Assembly (NCBI GenBank): GCA_965205485.1 | Contig: OZ242180.1 | Location: forward strand, 923,016-987,015 | Direction of reading: 5' to 3' | DNA from: Candidatus Latescibacterota bacterium | Lineage (GTDB): Bacteria > Latescibacterota > UBA2968 > GCA-2709665 | DNA: 64,000 nt | In this document: positions 38,801 to 48,452 of the stretch, one piece after another | Position numbering within the stretch: position 1 is the stretch's first letter | How the letters are laid out: the number at the start of each line of letters is the position of its first letter | Program-made: the position numbers and the translations under genes | The notes under the pieces: model-generated | What the model saw: the letters and a program-made list of their open reading frames with translations, nothing else | Told to the model about the DNA's origin: nothing | Databases searched by the model: none

Positions 38801-39186
38801 ACCGACGCGGCGCCCGCGGCGTCGCTGTACCCCGCGTGGATGACGTTGCAGCCGGTTCCGAAAGGGTTGCAGAGCGTCCGAAGTTCGAATCCCCCCGGGC
38901 CCGGATACCACAGGTCCGTCGCGCTAAGGAACCGGAAGTAGAGTTCGCGCACGCAACGGCTGTCCGCCAGATTGCCGACGACGATTACCGGGCGGTCAGC
39001 CGCCGTCAGCGCGTCGCCGGGCGGATCATCCAGAAGCTCGGCGTGAGCGTTTATATCCCGCAACGCCCGGTGGATGCGCCGGGCCGCCGTCCGGCCATGT
39101 CCGGACCGGGGCGCCGCCACCAGGACGCCATTCGGGCCGCGAAGAGGCGTTTCCGGTTCCAGCGGACGCGGACGTTCGATTTTCAT
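35845..39186 (-). CDS. giant paralogue 2: heparinase II/III-like core with a C-terminal beta-propeller, no signal peptide
   Basis: 1113 aa. N-terminal block RPVIVVGNLADSRCVRELYFRFLSATDLWYPGPGGFELRT. Central motif LLIDGLGGGSHSYDDAGGI. Intact frame. Confidence 0.8.
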   Translation of the reverse strand: MKIERPRPLEPETPLRGPNGVLVAAPRSGHGRTAARRIHRALRDINAHAELLDDPPGDALTAADRPVIVVGNLADSRCVRELYFRFLSATDLWYPGPGGFELRTLCNPFGTGCNVIHAGYSDAAGAASVTDAFSSRLDDPIPHFAVLDVTRLPLSSREAAQVRAEPLLPAAWQIANTMQGDLKGYLYYLTGDPELGEEYRRAWEAVVESGYVKSEKIVQAHLYSLSRLQPWRLVEHMDLFSEEERLAITRFIYGWAESAEGWHHVGRCPRVVSMHVPRQNHELIPALALACAAAYFRTHFPELTGPERWEEVARRAYAPYGPSWKPLCDGLCHGWWMSQPVMVEYGLNDPSHGYFEQGGARQAADAALAVVNNEGWLPSAGDSDLNRQFPGPSLRTAAAYFDDGRYRFVHDLAPPERRLVNLTSLPRAFDAGTAPKVPDDRVGVTVVPVDPLLYHAWERDPQGAPGVVTTPPSAPIERCFDKLSVRTGWEPDDDFLLIDGLGGGSHSYDDAGGILDYARLGLSLIVQEDSFVHSAPEHMSAVTVVLDGESGEIPGFAILEANETDADGKVYLRIRLKDYAGADWVREVHLLPESCVVFNDTVIANQAGDYAVEARFRTPARLDLDGCEARCERRSPSAGDVTFRIENPCEAVSLAVVEEPVHLRYKDPRDQELWKERYHTDDVVLSTFVARRAVRLDPGEGVRLTHVAQACGPGESPVHLRESGDDISLIQCETSRRLDVLPVRLSSKMRFTVDGRSEQTGANRVFDAGDRIRAMRPLCDGSLVVGTEGGLVTLLDPARGPVWSVDLDGPVYDIGAAEGEATILAVGHGASRLTGLDIRGRRIWQTDIEREPCPWPWWELPTPAPVQVEGGMFDGAAFFAVGCGDIQIRGFDGAGRERWRQRYNEGVPGRIRVADVNGCGEPEIVVGGEVLSDTSKCRILDPRGNFQAHLDVEGWTSILTALAFHETAGRHFLGCGANRGRNLHIFELDAGGEWERRWVKRLGGRVTGIRFLGSDQRVIAGTSQGFLICYNPDGSPLRHRLFEQGIRHLAPFGNETLVIDDQGQLSAVAGTGNVRTLGGLPGPCAIAEPSGTATLMACGSEVWRVAAGPGKAL

Positions 39187-39336
39187 GATCGTCGCCCTCC
39201 TGCAGCTTCGGTCCCCGCATCAGGACCGCCGCAAACAAGATCCGAGGTCTTCAATCCCGGTTCCAATTGAATTCCCGCCAACTCGATCTGCATTCCAGCG
39301 CCTGGTATCGTCCACGGCTCCTGGTTTTGTCGCAAT

Positions 39337-42300
39337 TTATGCGACATATTCCACCACGCCGTCGCGCCTGCCCACCAGCAGCCCGCCCCCGGGAAACGCA
39401 GCCGCCGCAGTGATGGCATTCCCGCCACTCGACCAGCCAACCTCGCCGCTGCCGTCCAGGCCCACCGTCCTTCCATCTCCAAGCGCCACCAGGCAACCGC
39501 CTCCCTCTCCCGGCGACAGGCCGAACACCGGCGCTGCCAGAAAACGATGCCACAGCCTATCGCCACCAGTTTCGAAACACTGTACGTAACCGTTCGAGGC
39601 GCCCGCGAATATGCGCCCTTCAGCATACGCCACTGACAGCACGGCGCCGCCCGCGTCCGCATCCCACAACACCTCGCCGTCCCCGCCATAGACGATCAAC
39701 TGTCTGTGATTCGTATCGACGCCGCTGAGCACTTCGTCGACGCCATCTCCGTTCAGGTCCGCCGCGCGAAGACACTTCGACCACGAGGGGATTGACCAGC
39801 TCATGATATCGGGCCGCGAGAGCGTCTTCACGCACGCGCCCCTGGCATCGAACACACGGACGCACCCGTGAATCGACGGGTCCGCCATCCCCGCGAGCAC
39901 GTGAAGGCCGTCCCCGTCACGCAGCCGCGCCACCGCGAGGCAGGTAGGCGGACCCCACTGGCAGGCGGAACGCCACAACAGCGCGCCGCCCTCATCGAAC
40001 GCGTAAACGTGACGGTCGGCGCAGCCGGCCAGGATCTCGTCTCTGCCGTCGCCGTCGATATCTCCGGACGCCAGGCTCAGGACTTTGCAGTTCAGCCACG
40101 TCCAGTAGTCCCAGTTCATCGGCTGCCACTCGAGTTGATGCGTCCACACCTCCTGTCCCGATGCGTCCAGCCGGCGCACGGCTTCGCCATCCCCGCCGGC
40201 GACCACCCCGCCGTCGGCAAGGGCGAGAACCGTTCGTACGCGTCCTGACAGACGATGGGTCCATCGCCTTTCACCGTTTCGGTCGAACGCCGTAACGCCG
40301 CCGTCATCGTCGCCCGCGAAGCAGCCCCCTTCCCACACGTCCATCGCCGTAACCGGTGCGCCGCACGATCCTCGCCAGGCCGGCTTCGCGTCACCTTTTT
40401 CGGCGACGAACGGTCCCGCATCGGAGCCGTCCAGGGCGGCGCCCCACGTGGGAAGGACCGCCGCGTCTTCGCCAATCCTGACTTCGTCGCACCCGGCTGA
40501 AAGGGAGACCGTGGCGACCGTCCCCTCGCCTTCAACCCGATAGCCGGACGCTTCGGCAGACATCGCAAACGTCCTTGCTGCGTCCCTTCGTCGCTCCAGA
40601 ACAGGGTGGCCAATCTCACCCCTTCATCGGGCTTGAGGGATTTCAGCGAGCGCTGCGCCCACCGCGTTCCACCTTCTGCCAGAGCCGACGTCACCGGGGC
40701 AAGTTCCCGGGCGCCGCTACCCGAATGCCGCATCTCCAGCCGGGCATCTTCCTGGATTGCTCGAAGCCCCCCGTCGGAGGATTCCACGTCCCCATACACG
40801 TGCCAGCGACACTCGATCAGGTACTCGCCTTCGGCCTTCGCCCGGACTTCGTCGATGACCATAAACCAACCGTCCCGGCTGTTCACGATATGGCGATTCC
40901 AGTCCGCCTGGCCGGGATACCCCATCGACGTCCCCGCGGCGGAGAGTCGGTCTCCCTCCGAGACGTATCGCAGGGCCGCATACCGGGACTCGCAGCCGGG
41001 CCCCGCGCCGTCAACCGCGACGCTCACCCCGTTGTGGTCCCGGATCGATGCCGGACCCACGCGACCCCCGAACCAGTTCTTTCCGCGTCCGGTGTACCGG
41101 ACGATACAGTTTCCGTCCTGATAGGAATGGGAGCCTCCCGAGATACCGCAAAGCAGCAGATAGTCGTCGTCATCCGTCCATCCGGAACGGAAGTAGACCT
41201 TGTCGAACGTCTGTTCGAAAGGCACGTCACGCAGGTAAACACCCTCCGGCGCGAATCCACCGATGTCCTCCAGAGAATCGTAGAACAACCTTGAAAGCGG
41301 AGCCACGCCCACACGGCCCATCCGCTCCGGCGTTGCGGCGCCTCGTCCCGTCACCCAGGTCCGGAACGGCTCCACGTTCGCACGAACAGCCTTCCCGGCC
41401 AGGCCGCCCTCGTCCGACGTTCCGCAAAGCTGCAGGTATTCGTCGTTTCCCGTCACGGCCGCGGCCATCAACATGTACTGTTGCGGCCCGCCTTCGAGAT
41501 TGCTGTGTGCGACCAGCGCCCTGTCCACGCCCTCCAGATAGGGTTTGCTGGTAAAGTAGTCCGTCTTTCCGGAAGCCAATGCATAGTCGGCGGTATTGAA
41601 GAGTGAAAACGACCACTGGTGCCCCCACGAATCGCACACGGGCTTGTTCGACGTCATCTGCGGCGCGAAGAACACCTCCGCCAGTTTCATCCATGCCCGC
41701 CCTTCAGCCAACCCGTGCACCTGGTGGAAATACCGGCCACCATAAAACAGATCGAGACCGGACATGGTCTGATGGTTCTGCCGCACGCGGTCCACACCCA
41801 CGTGGTTGAGGAATCCGGCATTACCGGCGCCTTCCGTGGACCGGTACAGCCCCAGGAATGCTTCAAGCGTCTCCTCCCGCTGGTCTCCGGGAAGGCCCGG
41901 ATGATTCTCGAGAACGGTGAACGGCAGCAGCATGGTCCTCAGGAACCCGTGAATCTGCGGCGGATCGGGCAGGTGGCGTTCGAACCACCGCGTGCGCGCG
42001 AAGTTGCGGACCTGCCGGCAGAACATCGGGATGAGTTCCTCCAGGCCGGTCTGCACCGCCAGCATCCCGATTTCGGAAATGGCCCACATGTAGGTCCAGT
42101 CCCCCGGTCCGCTCGTAAACTCCCGCTCCAAAGCCTCGTCGCCCTGGTTCAGCCGCTCCTGTGCAGGCTTCAGGTACAGGTCGGCCCATCTCCCCAGGTT
42201 CACGTGGTACTGAAATGGAAGTTCCGCACCCGACACCCGGATCGTACGGGAAAGCGCTCCTGCCGCATCCTCGACGTCATCCGCCTGGCTTACTCCCACA

Positions 42301-42629
42301 ACGATCACGTGCCCCGCGTCTTCCAGAGAATCCGGTGCCGTGCGGATTACCCAGCCGCCGGGCCCGGGCCAGATCCGGTCCGTCAGATCGTATGCGCGGA
42401 AGTACATCGTCCTCACAAACGCGCTGTTCATCATGTTTCCCAGCGCGATCACGTGGCGTCCGCCCGCGTCGAGGAGCGCGTCGGGCAGGATCTCCACGCC
42501 GGCCGAAAGCACATCCTTCAGGGCGGATTGAAGACGCTTCGCCGCGGCCTGATACGGCTCGGAATCGGGCGCCGAAATACAGACGCCGGCAGCGAGATCC
42601 GTCTCGTGAACGGGTTTGCGGAAGTTCAT
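39337..42629 (-). pseudogene. giant paralogue 3, frameshifted near 40575-40582
   Basis: The N-terminal ORF (42629 down to about 40580) ends at ...VRLATLFWSDEGTQQ and then becomes garbage. The propeller part continues in the ORF 39337-40563 (ARTFAMSAEASGYRVEGEG...). One missing base restores colinearity with paralogues 4 and 5. Confidence 0.7.
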
Positions 42630-42711
42630 ATCGCAATCCTTTCTCCGTGTGCAACTTTGATACCACAGAGCGGGAATTCAAATGAATGGGCGGGATGGAG
42701 ACTTGCGACGC

Positions 42712-45700
42712 CTACCGGTAGCATTCCAGCGCGCCATCGTTCCGTCCCACCAGCAGGCCGCCGTCCGGCCACGCGGATGCCCAGCCAGCCGCCGTTGCGT
42801 CCGGATTCCCGGTGTGCGTCGTACGAATCTCTCCCGATCCGCCCAGACCGACGACCGTTCCGCCTCCCAGGGCCGCCAGAGACCCACCATCTCCACGCGG
42901 GGCCAGCCCGACCACCGGTTCGGCCAGAAACCGGCTCCACAGGCGTGTGCCGTCCGCCGCGAAACACTGCGCAAATCCGTTGGATGCGCCCGCGTACACC
43001 CGACCCTCACTGGCGTTGACCGACACGACAGCACCACCGACGTCCGCATCCCACAACACCTTCCCATCCCTGCGATACACGATCAACTGACGGTGGTTGG
43101 TATCCACGCCACTGAGCACCTCCTCCCATCCATCCCCGTCCACGTCGCCACGTCGACGCACTTCGACCACGACGGAATCGACCAGCTCATGATATCCGGC
43201 CGCGACAGCGTCTGCTCACACGCCCCGTCCGATTCGAATACCCGGATACATCCGTGAATCGACGGGTCCGCCATCCCCGCCAGCACCTGACGTCGGTCCC
43301 CTTGCCGCAGCCGCGCCACCGCCAGGCACGTGGGCGGACCCCACTGGCAGGCGGAACGCCACAACAGATTGCCCTCGTCGTCAAACGCGTAGACGTGGCG
43401 GTCCGCGCATCCGGCCAGAATCTCGTCTTTCCCGTCGCCGTCGATATCGCCGGCCGCCAGGCTGAGGACTTTACAGTTCAGCCACGTCCAGTAGTCCCAG
43501 TTCATCGGTTGCCACTCGAGTTGACAGGACCATACCTCGCGGCCCGACCCGTCCAGCCGGTGTACGGCTTCCGCCTCCCCGCCAGCCACGACCCCGCCGT
43601 CTGCAAGGGCGAGTATCGTGCGTATGCCTCCGGATATTGAATGGGTCCATCGTATCCCGCCGTTCAGGTCGAACGCCGTGATGGCTCCGCTGTCGTCGCC
43701 CGCGAAGCAGCCCCCCTCCCATGCATCGACCGACGCCACCCTTCCGCCGCATGTGCCGCTCCACACCGGCTTCGACTCGCCCCCTGCGATGACAAACGGC
43801 CCCGGCTCGGTTGCTTCGACGATGCGGCCGGCCATTGGAAGTACGACTGCATCGGCTACCAGGTTCACGCCCTCGCTTTCCGCCGCGAACGAGACCGTCA
43901 CCGCCCTGCCCTGCCCCTCGATACGATAGCCGGACCCCTCCGGTTCAAGCGTATACGAACGAGCCTGCTCCAGATCGTCGCTCCAGAAAAGAGTAGCGTA
44001 CCGCATCCCTTCGCCCGGCTGAAGCGGCTTCAATGAGCGCTGGATCCAACGCATGCCGCCCTTTTCCAGGGCTGCTGTCACCGGTATCAGGTCCTGCGAC
44101 GCGCAGCCCGCGTGCCGCATATTCAGTGTCGCATTACCCTGAACCGAGCGCAGGGACCCATCCGACAGCGTTACGTCTCCGAGCACGTGCCAGCGGCCCT
44201 CAACCAGGAATTCACCTGCCACCTGCGCCTGGACCTCGTCCACCACGAGAAACCACCCCGCCTTGCCGTATACGATATGGCGATACCAGTCGCCCTGACC
44301 GGGATATCGCATCGAAGTGCCCGCCACCGAAAACGCCTCACCCTCCTCCACGTATTTCAAGGTGGCGTATCGGGACTCACGTCCCGGGCCCGCTCCGTCC
44401 ACTGCGATGTTCACTCCGTTGTGGTCGCGCACCGAGGCCGGACCCACGCGATCTCCGAACCAGTTCCGTCCCCGCGCCGTATACCGCACAATGCAGTTGC
44501 CGTCCTGATACGAATGAGACCCGCCCGATATGCCGTCCAACAGCAGATAGTCGTCGTCGTCCGACCATCCGGACCGGAAGAAGACCTTATCGAATGCCTG
44601 CTCGAACGGCACGTCGCGCAGGTACACGCCCTCGGGCGCAAACCCGCTGGAACCCTCGAGCGAATCGTAGAACAGCCGCGAGAGCGGCGCCACGCCCACC
44701 CGTCCCAGCCTCTCCGGCGCTATCGCCCGGCGTCCCGTCACCCATGATCGAAGCGGCTCTTCCGGTCCCTTTATGGATCGTCCGGCCAGGGCATCTTCGT
44801 CAGAGACGCCGCAGGGGTGCAGGTATTCATCGTTCCCCGTGGCCGTCGCGGCCATCAGAAAGTACTGCTGCGGGCCTCGTTCCAGGTTGCTGTGCGCAAT
44901 CAGCGCCCTGTCCACACCCTCCAGGAACGGTTTGCTCGAAACGTAATCCGAGCGCCCCGACGCCAGCGCAAAATCCGCAGTGTTGAACAGTGAAGCGGCC
45001 CACTGATGGCCCCACGAGTCGCACACCGGCTTGTTGGACGTCATCTGCGGCGCAAAAAAGACCTCCGCAAGCTTCATCCACGCCCTGCCCTCGGCCAACC
45101 CATGCACCTGGTGGAAATACCGTCCCCCATAAAAGAGGTCAAGCGCCGACCGGGTCTGGTGGTTCTGCCGAACCCTGTTCACGCCGACGTGGCTCAGAAA
45201 TCCGTTGTTCCCGGCCCCTTCTCCCGATCGGTATAGCGCCAGGAGGGCGTCCAGGGTCTCCTCTCGCATTTCTGTCGGGACGGACGGATGGTTTTCCAGG
45301 ATCGTGAACGGAAGCAGCATGGTCCTCAGGAACCCGTGAATCTGCGGAGGGTCCGGCAGATGGCGCTCAAACCACCGCGTACGCGCAAATTGGCAGACCT
45401 GCCTGCAGAACATCTCCATCAACGCTTCATCCCCGGTCCGGACCGCCAGCATCCCGATGTCTCCGATCGCGCGCATATAGGTCCAGTCGCCCGCCCCGCT
45501 GGTATATTCCCGCTCCAGGTGGGCGTCGCCGGCCTCCAGCCGCTCCCGCGCCGGCCTCAGATACAGATCCGACCACCTCCCCGGCTGCACGCGGTACTGG
45601 AACGGTAGCGTGATACCCGTCTCGGCGATGGTGTTGCTGAGGGCATCCGCCGCCCCGGTAACGTCCTCCGCGCTGCTCACGCCCACGACCACCACGTGAC

Positions 45701-46016
45701 CTACCTCGTCCAGGGAGTGCGGCGCGGTACGGACCGCCCACCCGCCGGGGCCCGGCCAGACCCGGTCCGTCAGATCGAATGCCCGGAAATACAGCGCCTT
45801 CAGGAACGCGCTGTCCATCATGTTCCCAAACGCGATCACATGGCGCCCGCCCGCATCGAGCCGCGCGTCCGGCAGGATTTCAACGCTATCCGAAAGCGCA
45901 CCGTGCAGGGCCGCCTGAAGCCGCTTCGCAGCGGCCTGATACGGCTCGTCACCGGGCGACGAAATACAGACGCCGCCAGTGAGATCCGTCGCGTGAACAG
46001 GTTTGCGGAATGTCAT
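42712..46016 (-). pseudogene. giant paralogue 4, frameshifted near 43145-43150
   Basis: The main ORF 43083-46016 ends at ...SWSKCVDVATWTGMDG. The tail (VEVRRRGDVDGDGWEEVLSGVDTNHRQLIVY...) is in the ORF 42712-43170. Adding one G (GCGAC to GCGGAC) gives CVDVADVDGDGWEEV, which matches paralogue 5. Confidence 0.7.
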
Positions 46017-46268
46017 TTCACATTCCTTTCTCCGTGCCGGCTTGGACGCAAGGGGGTAGTCGGGTTCGGCGCGCCTGAGTCGAACGCGGTTTCTTCCTGA
46101 TTGCCTGAAAGACTTGCGATCGAAGCCCTGTAACGGTTATCTTGTAATTTCACGGGTGTATCGGTCTATTTCATCGCGTCAGGGTGATTTTGTACAATCA
46201 AAATACAATGACCCGGGCATAGAAACCACCTCAAACCGTACTACAGGTCCACAGATAAGGAGAGCGTT

Positions 46269-48245
46269 GTGTCGCAAAGGATTCGCAGTGTCATGATGGT
46301 CGCACTTGCCGCAGGTCTTGCATGGAGTTGCGGCCGCGAACGCGTTTTGGAGTCTTCCGGGTCGGATGACCGGATTGGCCGCGCGCTGAGCAAGGTGGCG
46401 GCAGCGGGCGATGGTCGTGCATCTGGGGCGCTGGTGGAGGCGTCTGTGTCGCGAGATGGCGCGCCCGCGGCACATGTGATGGTCGAATTTGCGCGTTCCA
46501 TTGCCGGGCGGAAGCCGGACTATCGGTGGTCGGGAACGACCGATGCCAAGGGGCGCGTTACAGTGGAGATATCCAGTCCGGCGACGGGTTATTTTCAAGC
46601 GCGCGCGTCTCAGGATGGCGCCGTGACGGGCCACTGGTCCAGCATCCCGGTCAATGATGGTTACAGGACATTGGTCGCGTTGCCCGTTGGCGGAAAGGCG
46701 CGGGTGGCGCGATCATCCAGGATAGGTGTGATTGCCATCGGTCTTGTTCCGCATCTGAGCGGTGTGTTCAGTTCGCCCCGTCCGCCAATGAGAAACGCGT
46801 CTGAAATGGCTCTTGAAGAGATCAATAACGCGCACGGTGAGCCGAGATTCGAGTTCATCATTGAAGATAGCCGCAGCACGATAGATGGTGCCGTTGAGGC
46901 TTTTAAGAAGCTGATTCATCGAGATGGCGTCCTCGCCATTCTCGGTCCTCGTACTTCAAGTCAGGCCGTGGCGGCCTTTCCCATCGCGCAAGAAAACCGT
47001 GTTGTGGCACTCGGTCCGACTTCTGCCGCACGAGGTATCAGTGAGATGGGGGACTTTCTCTTTCGCGCGAGTCTCACCGTAGATCGGTACGTGCCCGGCG
47101 GCATCGAGAAGACGCGGGAGGCGCTCGGCTACAAGCAGGTGGCGACGATATTCGATGACGCGGATGTTTTTTCCCGAAGCAGCGACGAGGTCATTCGGAA
47201 CGCGCTCACGGAAGGCGGCGTTGACATTGTGACGACAGAGACTTTCCAGACCGCCGATGCCGATGTTTCCGCGCAACTGACTCGGATAAAAGCGTTGAAT
47301 CCGGATGCCGTCTTTATTTCTTCTCAAGCTGTAGACATGGCTGATATTCTGATTCAGGGACGGCAAGTCGGTATTCCTGCCGAGGTTCCCTTTATCACGT
47401 CTTCGGTGCTGACGTTAGACGGCATAAAGCGTGCAGGCGTCGCTGCCGAGGGTGTTATTGCGTTTACGGCCTGGAGCAGCATGGCCGATACACCTGGTAA
47501 TCGCGCCTTCGTCGAGAATTATACGTCAAGATACGGGGTTGAACCCAATGTGATTGCCGCACAATCCTACGCCAGTGTTTATATCTTGACGCAAGCAATT
47601 TCAGATGCCCGCTCTGCATCGGGATCTGAGACTCCGGAATCCGAAAATATTCGGGATGCGTTGCGCAATGTTCGGAATTTCGACACGGTGCTGGGTCCGT
47701 TTTCTTTCGATAACGTTGGCGACGGGGTCTACAACCCGACGGTATTGACTGTCAAGAACGGCGCACTTGCTGTTTTCGATCCAACGCCTGCCGCGGTTGC
47801 GACCGCGATAATCGGCGAGACGAATGACAGCGGTTTGACCGGAAAAGCGACTTTCGCACAGTTCGGCGATAATATCAAACTGGTCGTCTCGCTGGCGAAT
47901 GCGTCCGCAGGCGAACACGCCGTCCATATCCATGCAAAGGGCGATTGCAGTGCGTCAGACGGGACATCGGCCGGCGGGCATTGGAATCCCACGGGCGTAG
48001 CGCACGGCAAATGGGGAGAAGGTGAATTTCACCTCGGCGACATCGGCAATGCGAGCGTCGATGACCAGGGCACAGGAAGTATTGAATTGACGACGAATCT
48101 CTGGGAGATCAATACGGGTTCAGCAATTGATATCGTTGGCAAGGCGATCGTCGTCCATGCGCGCGCTGATGATTTCGTCTCGCAACCTTCGGGCAATGCC
48201 GGCGCGCGTATCGGTTGCGGTGTGATTGTGTTGGACCAGCAATAG
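46269..48245 (+). CDS. secreted three-domain fusion: leader, a carboxypeptidase-regulatory-like beta-sandwich, a LivK-type periplasmic binding domain (PBP1), and a C-terminal Cu,Zn superoxide dismutase
   Basis: GTG start with an AAGGAGAG Shine-Dalgarno. PBP1 blocks IGVIAIGLVPHLSGVFSSP...ALEEINNAHG...LAILGPRTSSQAVA. SodC signatures HAVHIHAKGDC, GGHWNP, HLGDIGN, AIVVHARADD, GNAGARIGCGVI. Confidence 0.8.
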   Translation: MSQRIRSVMMVALAAGLAWSCGRERVLESSGSDDRIGRALSKVAAAGDGRASGALVEASVSRDGAPAAHVMVEFARSIAGRKPDYRWSGTTDAKGRVTVEISSPATGYFQARASQDGAVTGHWSSIPVNDGYRTLVALPVGGKARVARSSRIGVIAIGLVPHLSGVFSSPRPPMRNASEMALEEINNAHGEPRFEFIIEDSRSTIDGAVEAFKKLIHRDGVLAILGPRTSSQAVAAFPIAQENRVVALGPTSAARGISEMGDFLFRASLTVDRYVPGGIEKTREALGYKQVATIFDDADVFSRSSDEVIRNALTEGGVDIVTTETFQTADADVSAQLTRIKALNPDAVFISSQAVDMADILIQGRQVGIPAEVPFITSSVLTLDGIKRAGVAAEGVIAFTAWSSMADTPGNRAFVENYTSRYGVEPNVIAAQSYASVYILTQAISDARSASGSETPESENIRDALRNVRNFDTVLGPFSFDNVGDGVYNPTVLTVKNGALAVFDPTPAAVATAIIGETNDSGLTGKATFAQFGDNIKLVVSLANASAGEHAVHIHAKGDCSASDGTSAGGHWNPTGVAHGKWGEGEFHLGDIGNASVDDQGTGSIELTTNLWEINTGSAIDIVGKAIVVHARADDFVSQPSGNAGARIGCGVIVLDQQ

Positions 48246-48323
48246 GAGGTCGAGTCTGACAACCTTGATTCGTCACTTCTTCCGGGACGCAAAGTCGAAT
48301 ACAGGCAAGCGGATAGAGGCGAT

Positions 48324-48364
48324 TTGACGTCGGATTGCCAGGAAACTTCAGGTGACTTGACGTG
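48324..48364. promoter_or_regulatory. second pair of TTGACGT(C) motifs
   Basis: GATTTGACGTCGG and GACTTGACGTGAA lie in the convergent gap between the SOD fusion and giant paralogue 5. They resemble the pair at 35555-35595. Confidence 0.25.
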
Positions 48365-48452
48365 AACGGAAGATACATCCTTCCGGACGACCTTTTCGGC
48401 CCGTTCTGGATGGATTCCCGGCGGCGCGGCGTTGCTTTTTCTGGAATTGCGT

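Noticed and set aside
43136-43152. An apparent 8-bp tandem duplication CGACGTGG-CGACGTGG as the cause of the paralogue 4 frameshift.
   Set aside because: Removing one copy leaves the protein 3 aa short relative to its paralogues. A single missing G (GCGAC to GCGGAC) restores a perfect CVDVADVDGDG match to paralogue 5, so a single-base indel is more parsimonious.
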